Shown here piece by piece: positions 1 through 11,765 of a stretch of 64,000 nt of DNA. The stretch spans positions 201,998,001 to 202,062,000 of the forward strand of contig NC_086097.1 of NCBI RefSeq assembly GCF_963921235.1, written 5' to 3'. Within the stretch, counting starts at the first letter, position 1; each line of letters begins with the position of its first letter. The position numbers and the translations under genes are program-made. The notes below the pieces were generated by a model. It did no database searches and was not told the DNA's origin. It saw nothing but the letters and a program-made list of their open reading frames with translations. This stretch comes from Mobula hypostoma. Lineage: Eukaryota.

Positions 1-432
1 TAGCCTGGTATAGGAACTGTACCTCCTTAATCGCAGGATTCTGCAGGGAGTGGTGCAGACAGCCCAGTGCATCTGTAGTTGTGAACTTCCCATGATTCAG
101 GACATTTACAAAGACAGGTGTGAAAAAAGGATCATTGGGGACCCGAGTCACCCCAGCCACAATCTATTCCAGCTGCTACCATCCGGGAAACAGTACCACA
201 GCATAAAAGCCACGAGCAACAAGTTCCAGGACAGCTTCTTCCACCAGGCCATCAGACTGATTAACTCACACTGATTTGAGTGTATTTCTGTTACATTGAC
301 TGTTCTATTTTTTTTATAAATTATGATAAATTACTATGATTGCACATTGCACATTTAGATGGAGATGTAACAAAGATTTTTACTCCTCATGTACGTGAAG
401 GATGCAAGAAATAAAGTCAATTTAATTCAATT
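1..432 (+). mobile_element. Rex1/Babar LINE 3' end
   Basis: ORF 50-274 has the C-terminal motif HPSHNLFQLLPSGKQYHSIK...SFFHQAIRLIN, then a 3'UTR and a TTCAA-type tail. The same subfamily occurs at 33672-34643. Confidence 0.85.
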
Positions 433-439
433 ATTGTTG

Positions 440-950
440 AAGCATGCATATATTACCATGTTTTATCCTGAGATTCATTTTTTTGAAAAAAAATACAATA
501 AAATTTATTTTAAAAAATGTACATAAACAGACTGACAAACAACTAATGTGGTAAAGAAGACAAACTAAGATGATAAACTATAGACACAGGAGCAGAATTA
601 GGCCACTCAGGCCATCAATTTTGCTCTACAAATAACAGTGCAAATAAAAAAGTATTGAGAACATTGGTTATACAGAGATCTTGAAAGTGAGTCTGTGGGT
701 CATAGAATCAGTTCAGAGGTGTGGGGAGTCACTGAATCTGGTGGTGTGGGACCTAACGCTTCTGTACCTTGTGCCAATTATAGTCACAAGAATGGCCTGG
801 ATAATGAAGGCCCTTGATGATGGATGCTGCTTTTTTGTAGCAACGCTCCATGTAAATACACTTGGTGGTACAAATAGCTTTGCCTTTGATGGACTGAGCT
901 GTATCATCCATTTTCTATAGTGCTTTCCATTCTTGGATATTGGTGTTTAG
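440..950 (-). mobile_element. Rex1/Babar LINE 3' fragment, degenerate
   Basis: ORF 713-907 contains RYRSVRSHTTRFSDS, next to a 3'UTR motif (ctgagattcattttt). Confidence 0.65.
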
Positions 951-1305
951 ATATGGAACTAATGGAAGATGTTCAACCCATTGAAACTACATTGTGGGGC
1001 TATGATCACTTCAACCATAATAATTGAGCTGCAGTACATTATAGATAATCCCTCTATTTGCACACTTGTGAAAGTTGCCAATTTGTTCACTTGAAGCTTC
1101 CAAGAAGATATGCCTTACACTATACATCCACAGGACTCATCCACTGACCCGACTGTGGTGCATCACATAGCCATCCAACAACAAATGTTCATGATGAGAC
1201 CTTGGAAAACATGGCCTATTCCTGTTCCTATTTCTTATGTACTTCTGTCTCTAACCAACTTTCCTACAAACATTAAGTCCAATAAAATGTAGTATTGGAC
1301 TAAAA

Positions 1306-3043
1306 CATTGGTTTCTAAACTTTTTTGTGTTACCACCCCCTTAGCTCCCTGATCACATCCCCAATGCCCCCCTCTCCCTTTCCAGCCATCACAAGAAAAC
1401 TATAAAGAATTTTGGTTTATGATGTAATGAGAAAGAAAATAGGGACTGAAAATTTAAAATAGAGACAAATAGTTGCAAAAATTATTCAAATTTATTTAAA
1501 GCTACAAATTAAATTATTTCTTTATTTAATTACAGTAAAAACAATTTTCATCAACAATTTTAAAGTGTGTATTAATAGTCCACTTTTTCACCTTTCAATG
1601 AGATGGATGGGCTTGGAGAAGCGTTAATCAGTTTCTCAAACTCAAACTGAAAGTTTCTCAGGAGTCTCAGATTCCCATGTTCAGTAATTTGCAGTCTGTC
1701 TCATTGATTTAAAAGTTGGGTATCTGTACTGAAACTGCGCTCCACTAAATATGATATTGGAAAGACAACAAAGAGCATCTTGACCTTTTTCCACAGTGCA
1801 GGATAGCGTTCTTTCTGTGACCAAACATCTTGATTTGATTTTTTTGAACCTCAGCTTCAGCACAAAGTCATTTATAGCAAGGTCAGTTCTTTCTCCATCA
1901 TTCCCGTTAATTCCTCTTTACACGTGTTCAGGAATGGATTTATTACCCAATCTGGAATTGGATCGCGAGTAGATCCTGAAATCTCTCGGACATGTCTTTA
2001 TACAGCCCACCCAGGTGCACATTGTGTACTTGAAGATCATCATCTGGTATTCTTTATTTCTCTTCCAACTCAGAGAGGTTTGGTAATTAGAAAGTGTCTT
2101 GACAGCCAAAGTTGCACCTAAATAGGGTTAATGTGGACAGAAATGAGATGACTGATTTGGCTTTGACAAGATTCATATAATTTCCTCGCAGTTGAAGATC
2201 ATTTCATTAAACTTTGTGAGTAATTCGAACAAATAAGCAATATCGTGTTTAATATTCTTGTGATGACTACTGAATGAAGTATTCGGGTCTTAGCATAGTT
2301 TCAGAAAATGCATAAAAACGCCTCAGGCAATTTCATTTTGAGAGCCATCTGACTTCTGAGCGCAAAAGCAAGCGTTCAAACTTTTCATCATTCTCAAAAC
2401 AAAACTTGAAATAGTTAAGAATTGAGAGCATGAGATTTCATTTTATAACAGTGATAACTGTTATAACAGTATTTTACGATTTGTGCAGCCAATCACTTAG
2501 GTTATTTGCAACATGATGTTTCTGTGAATATCTTGGTGGGCTGTGGGGTAAAATCAATGCAGTCAAGACCATTGAAAGGGCAGATTCTGAACTTCACCAG
2601 GCAACACACCATACCCTAATTCACAGGAATTGCTTCACTGTGTGATTAGAAAAAGGGAGTTGTATTAACACTGTACTACAGTAGTGAACAGCAATAATGT
2701 GCAGGCCAGGCCCAAAAATAACACAATTTTGTCAGTCCAGATTTCTCATGATATGCTATATACAGAAGTGTCACATTGCTTTTCAACAACTATAACACAC
2801 TTTGAACAAAGTCTAAGAGAAAAGTGTGTTAGCAAGAGATGAGGTGATTTCGTGATCACTGTAATCAATTCTGAGGCACTGAGGATCAAATGCTTATTAG
2901 AAATTCATTTCTTATGCCTGTAATCCCTCAGCTGCACCCTTTCCAACCACCCCCCCCACCACCCCACTGCTTTATCTTTATCACCCCCTTAGAAACTCCC
3001 AGTGCCCCCAGGGGATGCTATATCACCCCTTTGGGAACCACTG
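1306..3043 (-). mobile_element. hAT (Buster/Charlie type) DNA transposon with a decayed, deleted transposase
   Basis: Imperfect TIRs cattggtttctaa / ttgggaaccactg. A perfect 8-bp TSD GACTAAAA (central TA) lies at 1298-1305 and 3044-3051. Minus-strand remnants include SEVRWLS (~2340-2360) and a C-terminal QAHPSH-stop (~1597-1617). Confidence 0.9.
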
Positions 3044-3829
3044 GACTAAAACTACAAAACGACCACCTTGTTCATCACTATGGAACAGTAATTCAAGAAA
3101 TAATGACTGCAGAAAAAGTATTTTCAAAAAGATAATTTAATATTAAAGATATGGTCTCTGACCTTTTAGTTGAAAAGTTAGGTGCAGGAATTTTTGGCAT
3201 GGTGGGTGACTAACATTTATTTTCCTGTTAAATAAATTCCCTTAATAAATTTAAATTATCACTCTGCACTATGCTGTCCTGTATATTGTTAGAAAATAAA
3301 TTCTCATACCGTTTGGAAAAATCAAAGTTACTAGTTTACAAACACATTTATTTTTATTAGAAGCTTAACAAGAAAAAGGGTACAGATGACATTCCTATAC
3401 GTTTAGAATTGACTTCACAATTACCAAGGTCAAAAATTGTAAACAAAAAAGAATCAGGCGCTTTAAATCTGGAATGTGAGGGTGGCTGCAGTATGTAAGT
3501 ATTGGGAAATACATTGGCACAGAGATGATAAGCAGTGTTCCATTATTCCTTGGGAATCCAATCAATGGCCTCTCAAATTCATACCATGATCAGTAGTAAT
3601 ATCAGTAATCTGCAATTAAGGAATTGTTTAGAAATCAATCTTCCCATGTGTTTTTCTGTTATTGGTAGATATAACGGAAACAGATGAGACCGAGGACTGG
3701 GCCACCATGAATCACATCCTGCCCTCAAGGGAACAGCTTCCCATAATGGCGTTCAGTGTAGATTTCAGGGTAGAAATCTCTCAATAATTATTACCACCAT
3801 ATCACTTATGGAACCAGAGGAACCAATAC

Positions 3830-5808
3830 ATTGGACCACTGTTATACTACTATCGAGAGCGCATACCGTGCCATCTCATGCCCACACTTTGGAAAGTCTA
3901 ATCATCTGGCTGTACTTCTACTCCCTGAGTGTACACAGAGACTGAAAACCGCAGCACCAGTCATGAGGATCATGAGGTATGGACAATAGAGGTGCAGGAG
4001 CATGTACAGGACTGCATTGAGTTGGTGGACTGTACAGTATTCAGGGATTCATCATCAAAATTGAATGAGTGCTCCACAGTTGTCACAGACTTCATTAACA
4101 ACCTCTGTGGATGAGTGTGTGTTTATGAGAACACACTGTACATACTTGAATCAAAAGCCATGGATGAGGGCTAGAGCTGTGGTATTCAAGTCTAGTAATC
4201 CAGGACGATACAAGAAGGCCAGGTACAGCTTATGGAGGGCTATCTCAAGAGCAAAAAAAAAACAATTCCAAATGAGGTTTGAGGCAGAATTGGATGCACA
4301 TCAACTCTGGCAGGGTTTGCAGGCCATTCCTTCCAATAAACCAAAACCTAACATCATGAATGGTAGCGATGCTTCACTCCCAGATGAGAACACTTTTTAT
4401 GCATACTTTGAAAGGGAGAATAAAACTACAGCTACGAGGATCCCAGCGGCACCCGGTGACCCTGTGATCTGTCTCAGAGGCTGACGTCAGATTGTCTTTC
4501 AAGAGAGTGAACTGTTGCAAGGTGACAGGCCCTGATGGAGTACCTGATACAACCAACTGGTGGGTGTGTTCAAAGACATTTTCATTCTCTCATTGCTATA
4601 GTCTGTGCTTCAAAAGGGCAAGAATCATACCCGTGCCCAGGAAGAGCAGGGTGAACTGCCTTAATGACTGTCGTCCAGCAGTACTCACATCTACAATGAT
4701 GAAGTGTTTTTAAAGGTTGGTTATGGCTGGAATCAACTCTGGTCTCAGCAAGGACCTGGACCCACTGCAATTTGCCTATTACCATAGTAAGGCTGCAGTG
4801 GATGCGATCTTACTAGCTCTTCATATGGTCTTGAATTACCTGGACAATACTAATACTTATGGCTGCTGTTTATTGACTATAGCTCAGTGTTTAAAACAAT
4901 CATTCTGATCAAAAAGCTCCAAAACCTGGGTCTCTGTACCTCCCTCAGCATCTGGATCCTGGACTTCCTCACTGGAAGACCACAGTCTGTGTGGATCGGA
5001 AATGACATCCCTACCTCACTGATAATGAACACCCGTTCACCACAAGGATTTGTGCTTAACTGAGTTAATTAAGAGATGTCGCAGCAATGGCTTTGCACTC
5101 GACATCAATTGATTGTGGACTTCAGAAAGGGTAAGATGAAGGAGCATACACCAGTCCTTACAGAGGGATCAGAAGTGGAAAGAGTGAGCAATTTCAAGTT
5201 CTCTGGTGTCGACATCTCTGAGGATCTATCCTGGGCCCAACATATCAATGCAGTTACAAAGGAGTCATTAGGAATTTGAGGAGATTTGGTATAGTACCAA
5301 AGACGCATGCAAATTTCTACAGATGTACCATGGAGAGCATTCTAAATGGCTGCATCACTGTCTAGTATAGGGGAGGTGACACAGCACAGGATCAGAATAA
5401 GCTGCAGAAAGTTGTAAAGCCAGTCAGTTCCATCATGGGCGCTAGCCTCCCCAGCATTCAGGACATTTTCAGGAGCATTGCTTCAGAAAGGCGGCATCCA
5501 TCATTAAGGACCCCATCACCTAGGACATGCCCTCCTCTCATTGCTACCTTCAGGGATGAGGTACTGGAGCCTGAAGGCACACACTCAGTGATTCAGGAAC
5601 AACTTCTTCCTTTCTGCCATCAGATTTCTGAATTGACATTGAAACCAGGAACACTACCTCACTATTTTTTGCACTTCTTAATTAATTTAACTATATAGAT
5701 ATACTAATTGTAATTCACAGTTTTCATTATGTATTACAATGTACTGCTGTTGCATAACAACAAATTTCAGGACATATGCTGGTGATATTAAACCTGATTC
5801 AGTTTCTG
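3830..5808 (+). mobile_element. Rex1/Babar LINE, 5'-truncated and frameshifted
   Basis: Fragments NQKPWM, GPDGVP, DLDPLQFAY and LIVDFRK...FKFSGV in ORFs 4065-5279, followed by a 3'UTR and a CTGATT-like tail. Confidence 0.9.
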
Positions 5809-6029
5809 AGTGTTTTTTTCAAGAATCTAGTGCCATGTACGTGGACAACGTCACCAATTTACTGAAGTGGGCTAACCATAATGCATCGGACCAGAGATCA
5901 TGCCGGGATTAGTTCATCACTCAAATCAGTGAATTTGGAGAATACTGCTGAGGCACCATCAATGTTACTGCTCCATTCATTTAAGGTGCAACTGTAAGTT
6001 GTCTATGTCTCACATGATAATGGGTCAAA

Positions 6030-6400
6030 GCAATCTATTTGCCTGGCATCCACCATCCTGAACATTCATTCCCTCAATCACTATTCATTGAGTACTATTT
6101 ATAAAATTTACTACAATGACTTACCTCAACTACTCTGACAACAAATCCCAAATTTGCAACTTCTGTCACAAAGGAGAAGGGCATTCTTATCACCTGCTGC
6201 TTTCTCTCCTGATTTGAAAACGTATTGCTGTTCCTTCATCATTATCTGATCTAAATCCTGGGACATCCTCTCCAACAACATTGTAGGAACGTCTTCATCA
6301 GTAGGACTACAGCAATTAAAGAAGATGGTTTATGACTACCTTCTCAGGAACAACTGATCATGGAGAAATAAATACCTGTTTTGTCAAAAAAGCCTAGATC
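6030..6400 (+). mobile_element. Old CR1-like LINE 3' remnant
   Basis: Resembles the 3' ends of chondrichthyan LINEs (aaatcctgg...ggactacagc...aagaag...ccttctc...ataaat). Recognised from memory only. Confidence 0.4.
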
Positions 6401-6719
6401 ATAAAAGTTTTGATTGCTCCAATTATACAACTCAGACTGTGTACAACCTTTTAACTTAACTGATTGCAGATTTTGATCATCTTTACAGGATCAAACTCTG
6501 CCACAAAGCCCATCAAGAAATATGTCCTCTTCAGAGACAGCTGGCATTGGGGGTTATGGACTGAATGGTTCCTCATCCCAGCCTTCCTCTTGGTGAAACT
6601 CCTCATGGTGTTAATGATGTGGATCTTAACTTTGCTGCTTCTGCCTTATTGGCTGCATGTCTTCCCCTTTCACCATCTTGACAAGTAATAACTGAGCTAA
6701 TCTGGTGCCAAAAATCACA

Positions 6720-6940
6720 AGAACCACATCTCTGGATGACCCTGTAATCCATCTCTTGAGAGCCATTTCCCAGCATCCTTCAAGAGCTATCTGCTCTAAT
6801 GGCATACCTGGACGAGTACTAAAGATCTGTATGGACCAGCTGGCTGGATATTTATGGAAATATTCAACCCCTTGCTTCTACAGTCGGATGTTCCCAACTG
6901 ATCCGAAGAACCATCTATTGTACTGATGCCCAAGAAGATT
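6720..6940 (+). mobile_element. Rex1/Babar RT fragment
   Basis: ORF 6705-6926 contains NGIPGRVLKICMDQLAG. Confidence 0.7.
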
Positions 6941-7046
6941 TTGGCACAGTATTGTAGGCCAAAGGACCTGCTCCTATGCTGTACTGTTCTGTGTTCTACG
7001 TTCTGAGAGTGTGGTGTCTTTCATCAATGGCTACCATTTGTTAATA

Positions 7047-8148
7047 CAGTGGATTCCGATTAATCGGGACCCGCACATTTTGGCCCAATTAAGCGGCTGC
7101 CCCAATTAACTGAATTTTCATGGAAATAATTAAAATGGTATAAAAAAAATGGCAAGCTACTGTTTAAGTGAGAAACAAATTATGTATTTAAATGAAATAC
7201 AACTAGATGTTCTGCTGGATATGCTTCTTCTGAACTGTGATGGATTACACCCTGTAATTTCCCTTTTCAGGATGTATTTATGAACTGACTAAATGATCTG
7301 TTGCTTTTGAGGTCTCCTGGGGGATTCAGCAAAATTAACTCTTGAGAGCACAGCTAGCACCGAGGGTGTACGCTGCATCGATTCCTGATGGAAGAACAGC
7401 AACCTGTGGTTTGTTTCATTACTCCATGACAATTAAAGCATTAAGCAAGACTGAAATCGCCGAGGACATGAGCAGAAAACAAACAGCGCCATCTGCTTGC
7501 ATTTGATTAGTTTCTCTCTATCTTCTCGCAAATACTGTCAGACAGGAGGTGCAGGAGTCCTGGGCCCTACACCACCAGGTTCAGAAGCAGTTGTTGCCCT
7601 GCAGCCATCGAGATCCTGGATGGGTTCACTCACATCTGCGCTGGATAGGCTCCGCAGCTGTGGACTCACTTTCGGGGGCTCTGCAGTTCATGTTCCATGT
7701 GTTTTTGTTTACTTTTTTTTTACTACTTGCACGGTTTGATCAAGGCACTTCAGCACCGAACTGATTCTGCAGCCATCAGGCTACTGGAGCTACTTCACTC
7801 GCCTCAGCAGCTCCATGGTTACGGACTCACTGTGAGAGGCTCTGCGGCTGAAGTTCTATGTGTTTCTTGTTTACTTTTTATTGTTTGCACAATTTGGCTT
7901 TTTTTTACATACACCAGCTTTTTGAGGGTCTTTGTTTTGGGGGGTTTGCTTTGAACAGGTTGTATTATGTTTGTTTTGTGGCTGCCTGCAAGAAGATGAG
8001 TCTTCAGGTTGGATACTGTATACATATTTCAATAATAAATGTACTTTGAAATTTGAACTTTGAAACAAACAACTACAGTACTATAAAACTGTGTACTAGT
8101 TCCTAATAATTACCAACACAGGAATTCATCCAGTATATGCTACTATGT
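7047..8148. mobile_element. Tigger/pogo-like non-autonomous element, interrupted at ~7206-8062 and truncated
   Basis: Starts TA|CAGTGGATTCCGATTAAT. Segments 7047-7205 and ~8065-8148 are colinear with the complete copy at 37338-38155. Confidence 0.75.
7540..8062 (+). mobile_element. Rex1-type 3' end with an internal imperfect duplication
   Basis: Contains caccaccaggttcagaagcag, a doubled cagccatc...ggactcact...tttactttt block, and a TTTGAAC-type tail. Confidence 0.65.
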
Positions 8149-8149
8149 A

Positions 8150-8600
8150 TAGGGTTTGCAGGGAAGGGTAGCGTTTCTGGAGAAGGGGCTTCTAGGGCAG
8201 CTCACGCACCTTTGATCCTCACTGGCCACTCAACTCTTACCTGTGGCTCCAAATAGCAGTTTGCATGCGACAGCGGCCACACCCCAGCACACCTTCAACA
8301 GGCGGGCTAAACTAGGTGAGGGTCACTGGTGGACCTCATACCCCAGTGTAATAGGGACATACCTGTCCTAGTATATGAAGTCAGCTCCGGTGGACTGAGC
8401 AGATGAAATCAACATGAGATCCAACGGCCAGGAAGGCAATGCTGCAATGCTTTGTGGAGAGCGAAGGGCACGATAAGGTACAGAAGAGGTCATGTTTATC
8501 CACTGCCACCAAGAAACACCCCAGTTTGTGATAACTACTTGTACCACTGGATGCAGACTTCCGAAGTCTAGAGAGTCAAACTGTCCCGGGGAGCAACAGC
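8150..8600 (+). mobile_element. Probable RTE-clade LINE 5' UTR fragment
   Basis: A GC-richer non-coding block that abruptly truncates the Tigger-like element. The family is assigned from recall. Confidence 0.4.
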
Positions 8601-8611
8601 TTTTCAACTTT

Positions 8612-10695
8612 AGTATAGTCAAGATAGCTGTGGGAATCAGTAGGTTTATAAAAGATGTTGGTTGACAATTGGTCACTAGAGATGGAGACCGAAAAATTGG
8701 GAGGGGGAGGAAGGTTATCAGAAATGGACCAAGTGAATTTAGATTAGATTAGGTTATGAGGACACTTAGTCCTCATTTATTGTCATTTAGAAATGCATGC
8801 ATTAAAAAATGATGCAACGTTCCTCCAGAATGATATCACAAGAAACCACAGGACAAACCAAGACTAAAACTGACAAAATAATTATAACATATAGTTACAA
8901 CAGTGCAAAGCAATACCATAATTTGATTTGATAAAGAGCAGACCATGGGCACGGTACAAAAAGGTCTCAAAGTCCCGATACACTCATCATCTCACGCAGG
9001 TGGCAGAAGGGAGAAACTCTCCCTGCCATGAACCTCCAGGCACCGCCAACTTGCCAATGCAGCACCATTGGAAGCACCCAACCGCAGCAGACTCTGAGTC
9101 CGTCCGAAAACTTCAAGCCTCCGCCCAGCCCCTCCGACACAGCCTCTCTGAGCACCATCCTCTGCCGAGCGCTTTGACCCCGCCCCGGCCGCCGAGCAAC
9201 AAGCAAAGCCGAGGACTCGGGGCCTTCCCCTCCGGAGATTCTGGACCACACAGCAGCAGCAGCAGCGAAGCAGGCATTTCAGAAGTTTCACCAGATGTTC
9301 CTCCATGCTCTCACGTCCGTCTCCATCAAATCAAGATCGTGCATGGCACCCTACTTGAAAAATAGCAGACATCACCACAGGAGTGGCCGCTACGAGCTGT
9401 GTTGCGCCGCCGTCTTCTCCTCCCTCCTAAATTTAAGGACAGGGTGGAAGTTGGAGGCAAAGTTGATGAAATTGATGAGCTCAGCATGAGTGCATGAAGC
9501 AGCTCATGAGCTTCCGCATCGAGTAAATCATTCTCCATAACTTTTGCCGTATCTTGATGATACTCTTCCCACCTTGTCTCCTGTAAAAATGCTATTCCTG
9601 TTTCTCAGTTCCTTCATCTCTGCTACAGCTGTTCTAAGGATGAGGCTTTCCTTTCCCAGACATCAGGGATATCCTCCTTCAAAGAACAGGGTTTCCCTTC
9701 CTCCACCATTGATGCTGCCCGCATCTCCTCTATCTCCTGGACATACGCACTCACCCCATGTTCCCGTTGTCTTAGCAGTGATAGAGTTCCTGTTGTCCTT
9801 ACCTACCACCCCATGTGCCTCCATATCAAACACATCATTCTCCACAACCTCTGCTATCTCCAAAGGGATCCTACCACTAAACATATCTTTACCTCCCACC
9901 CACTCCCTGCTTCTGCAGGGATAGCTCCCTCTGTGAGTCCCTTGTCCATTCATCCTTCTTCACTAATCTCCTTCCTGGCACTTACCCTACAAGCAGCCAA
10001 AGTACTACACCTTCCCATTCACCTCCTCCCTTACCTCCACAAAGGGCTTCAAACAGTCCTTCCGGGTGAGGCAACACTTCACCTGCGAATCTGTTGGGGT
10101 CACCTATTGTATGGGGCCTCCTCTACACTGGTGAGGCCCGTCGTAAATTGGGAGATCATTTCGTCGAGCACCTCCACTCCATCCACTAGAAGCAGAACTT
10201 CCTGGTGGCCAAACATTTTGAGTCTGATTCCCATTCCCATTCCGACATGTCAGTCCATGGCCGCCTCGTGTCACAATGAGGCCACCCTCAGGGTGTCTGA
10301 GTAGCCTCCAACCTGATGGCATGAACATTGATTTCTTCTTCCGGTTTAAAAAAAATTCCCTCTTCTTCCCCCGCTCTAGTCACTTACCTCTTCTCACCTG
10401 CCTATCATCTACCCTTAGTTCCCCACCTCATTCCCTTTGGTCCACTCTCCTCTCCTAACAGATGGCTTCATCTCCAACCCTTTATGTTTCCCACCCATAT
10501 GGCTTCATTATCACCTTTCAACTATCTTTCTTCCCCTCCTCCCACCTTTTAATTCTGGCATATTCCCCCTTCCTTTCCAGTCTTGAAGAAAGGTCTCAAC
10601 CCAAACATCAACTATTCGTTCATTTCCATGATGCTGCATGACCTGCTGAGTTCCTCCCGCATTTTGTGTTTGTTGCTTTGGATTTCCAGCATCTG
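8612..10695 (+). mobile_element. Penelope-like element with an inverted 5' RT segment (8612-~9505) and a forward RT-thumb/GIY-YIG/3' part (~9550-10695)
   Basis: The minus segment encodes AASCTHAELINFINFASNFHPVLKF..TWSISD..IFYKPTDSHSYLDYT. The plus segment continues YLDDT..CKNAIP, then FTCESVGVTYC..YTGE..RKLGDHFVEHL (GIY-YIG remnant), and ends in the typical terminal motif. Confidence 0.85.
8742..9428 (-). mobile_element. Non-autonomous GC-rich retroelement with a (CTAAT)n tail
   Basis: It interrupts the Penelope RT, with candidate TSD AATTTA at 8736-8741 and 9430-9435. The same 3' end recurs at ~13466-13558 and ~39945-40135. Confidence 0.75.
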
Positions 10696-10740
10696 CTGAA
10701 TTTCTTGTGTTTATGTATAATGCACTATATTTATATCAAC

Positions 10741-11765
10741 CATAATGAAGTGCTTCAAGAGGTTGATTATTGTGTAAATCAACTACTGCCTCAGAATTAC
10801 CAGAATCCATTTCAGTTTGCCTGCCATCATCACAGGCCACTAGCAAATATGATTTCTCTGGCTGTTCACTCTACTATAGACCACATATGTCAGGCTGCTG
10901 TTCATTGACTATAGCTCACGTTCAACATAATCATCCCCTCCAAACTTAATAAGCTGCAAGACCTGTGCCTCTGTATCTCCCTCTACAACAGGATCCTCAA
11001 CTTCCTCATAAGCAGCCCTCAATCAGTGAGGACAGGTAACAGTTCCTCCTTGTTAATCATCAACACAGGTGCATTTCAAGGTGTGCTTATCCCCCTGCTC
11101 TACTCACTATACACACATGACTGTATGGCTCAGTGCAGCTCAAATGCCATCTTCAAATTTGCCAATTATACCACTGATGTCGAAGGAATCACACGGGTGG
11201 TGATGGATCAGCCTACAAGAGTGAGATTGGATACATAGTTGAGTGCTGCTACAAAAACAATCTCTCACTCATCTTCAGTAAAATTAAAGAGTTGATTGTT
11301 GATAGGACGATTGGGAAGAAGGGTGAATATGCGCCATTCTACCTTAGTGGATCAGGGGTACCAAGGATCAGCGGCTTATCCTTGGCACTGCATGTAGATG
11401 CAATCACGAGGAAGGTGAACCATCTTTAATTTCTCAAAAGGTTAAGGAGGTTCAGCATGTTACCAAACAGTCTACCAATCCTCTACAACTGTACTGTTGA
11501 AAGTATCCTGACGAGTTGCATTATGGCTTAGTATGGCAATTTGTATGCACAGGAAAGTAAGAAGCTGCAGAACAGTGGACTCAGCCCAATACATCACAGG
11601 CACATCCCTCCCTGCCGTCAAAAGTACCTACATGAGCCTTTCCCTCCAGAAGATCCTCACCATCTGGGCCATGCCATCTCCTCATAGTTAACATTGGGCA
11701 GAAGATACAGAAGTCTGAAGTCTGACATCACCCAATTCAAGAACAGCTACTTCCCTTCCACTATT
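10741..11765 (+). mobile_element. Rex1/Babar LINE RT region, degenerate
   Basis: Contains NTGAFQG..PLLYSLYTHDC..IFKFAN and GRRYRSLKSDITQFKNSYFP. Confidence 0.85.

Noticed and set aside
8928..9538. Cluster of overlapping ORFs
   Set aside because: This reflects a GC-rich, stop-poor repeat with no recognisable protein motif.
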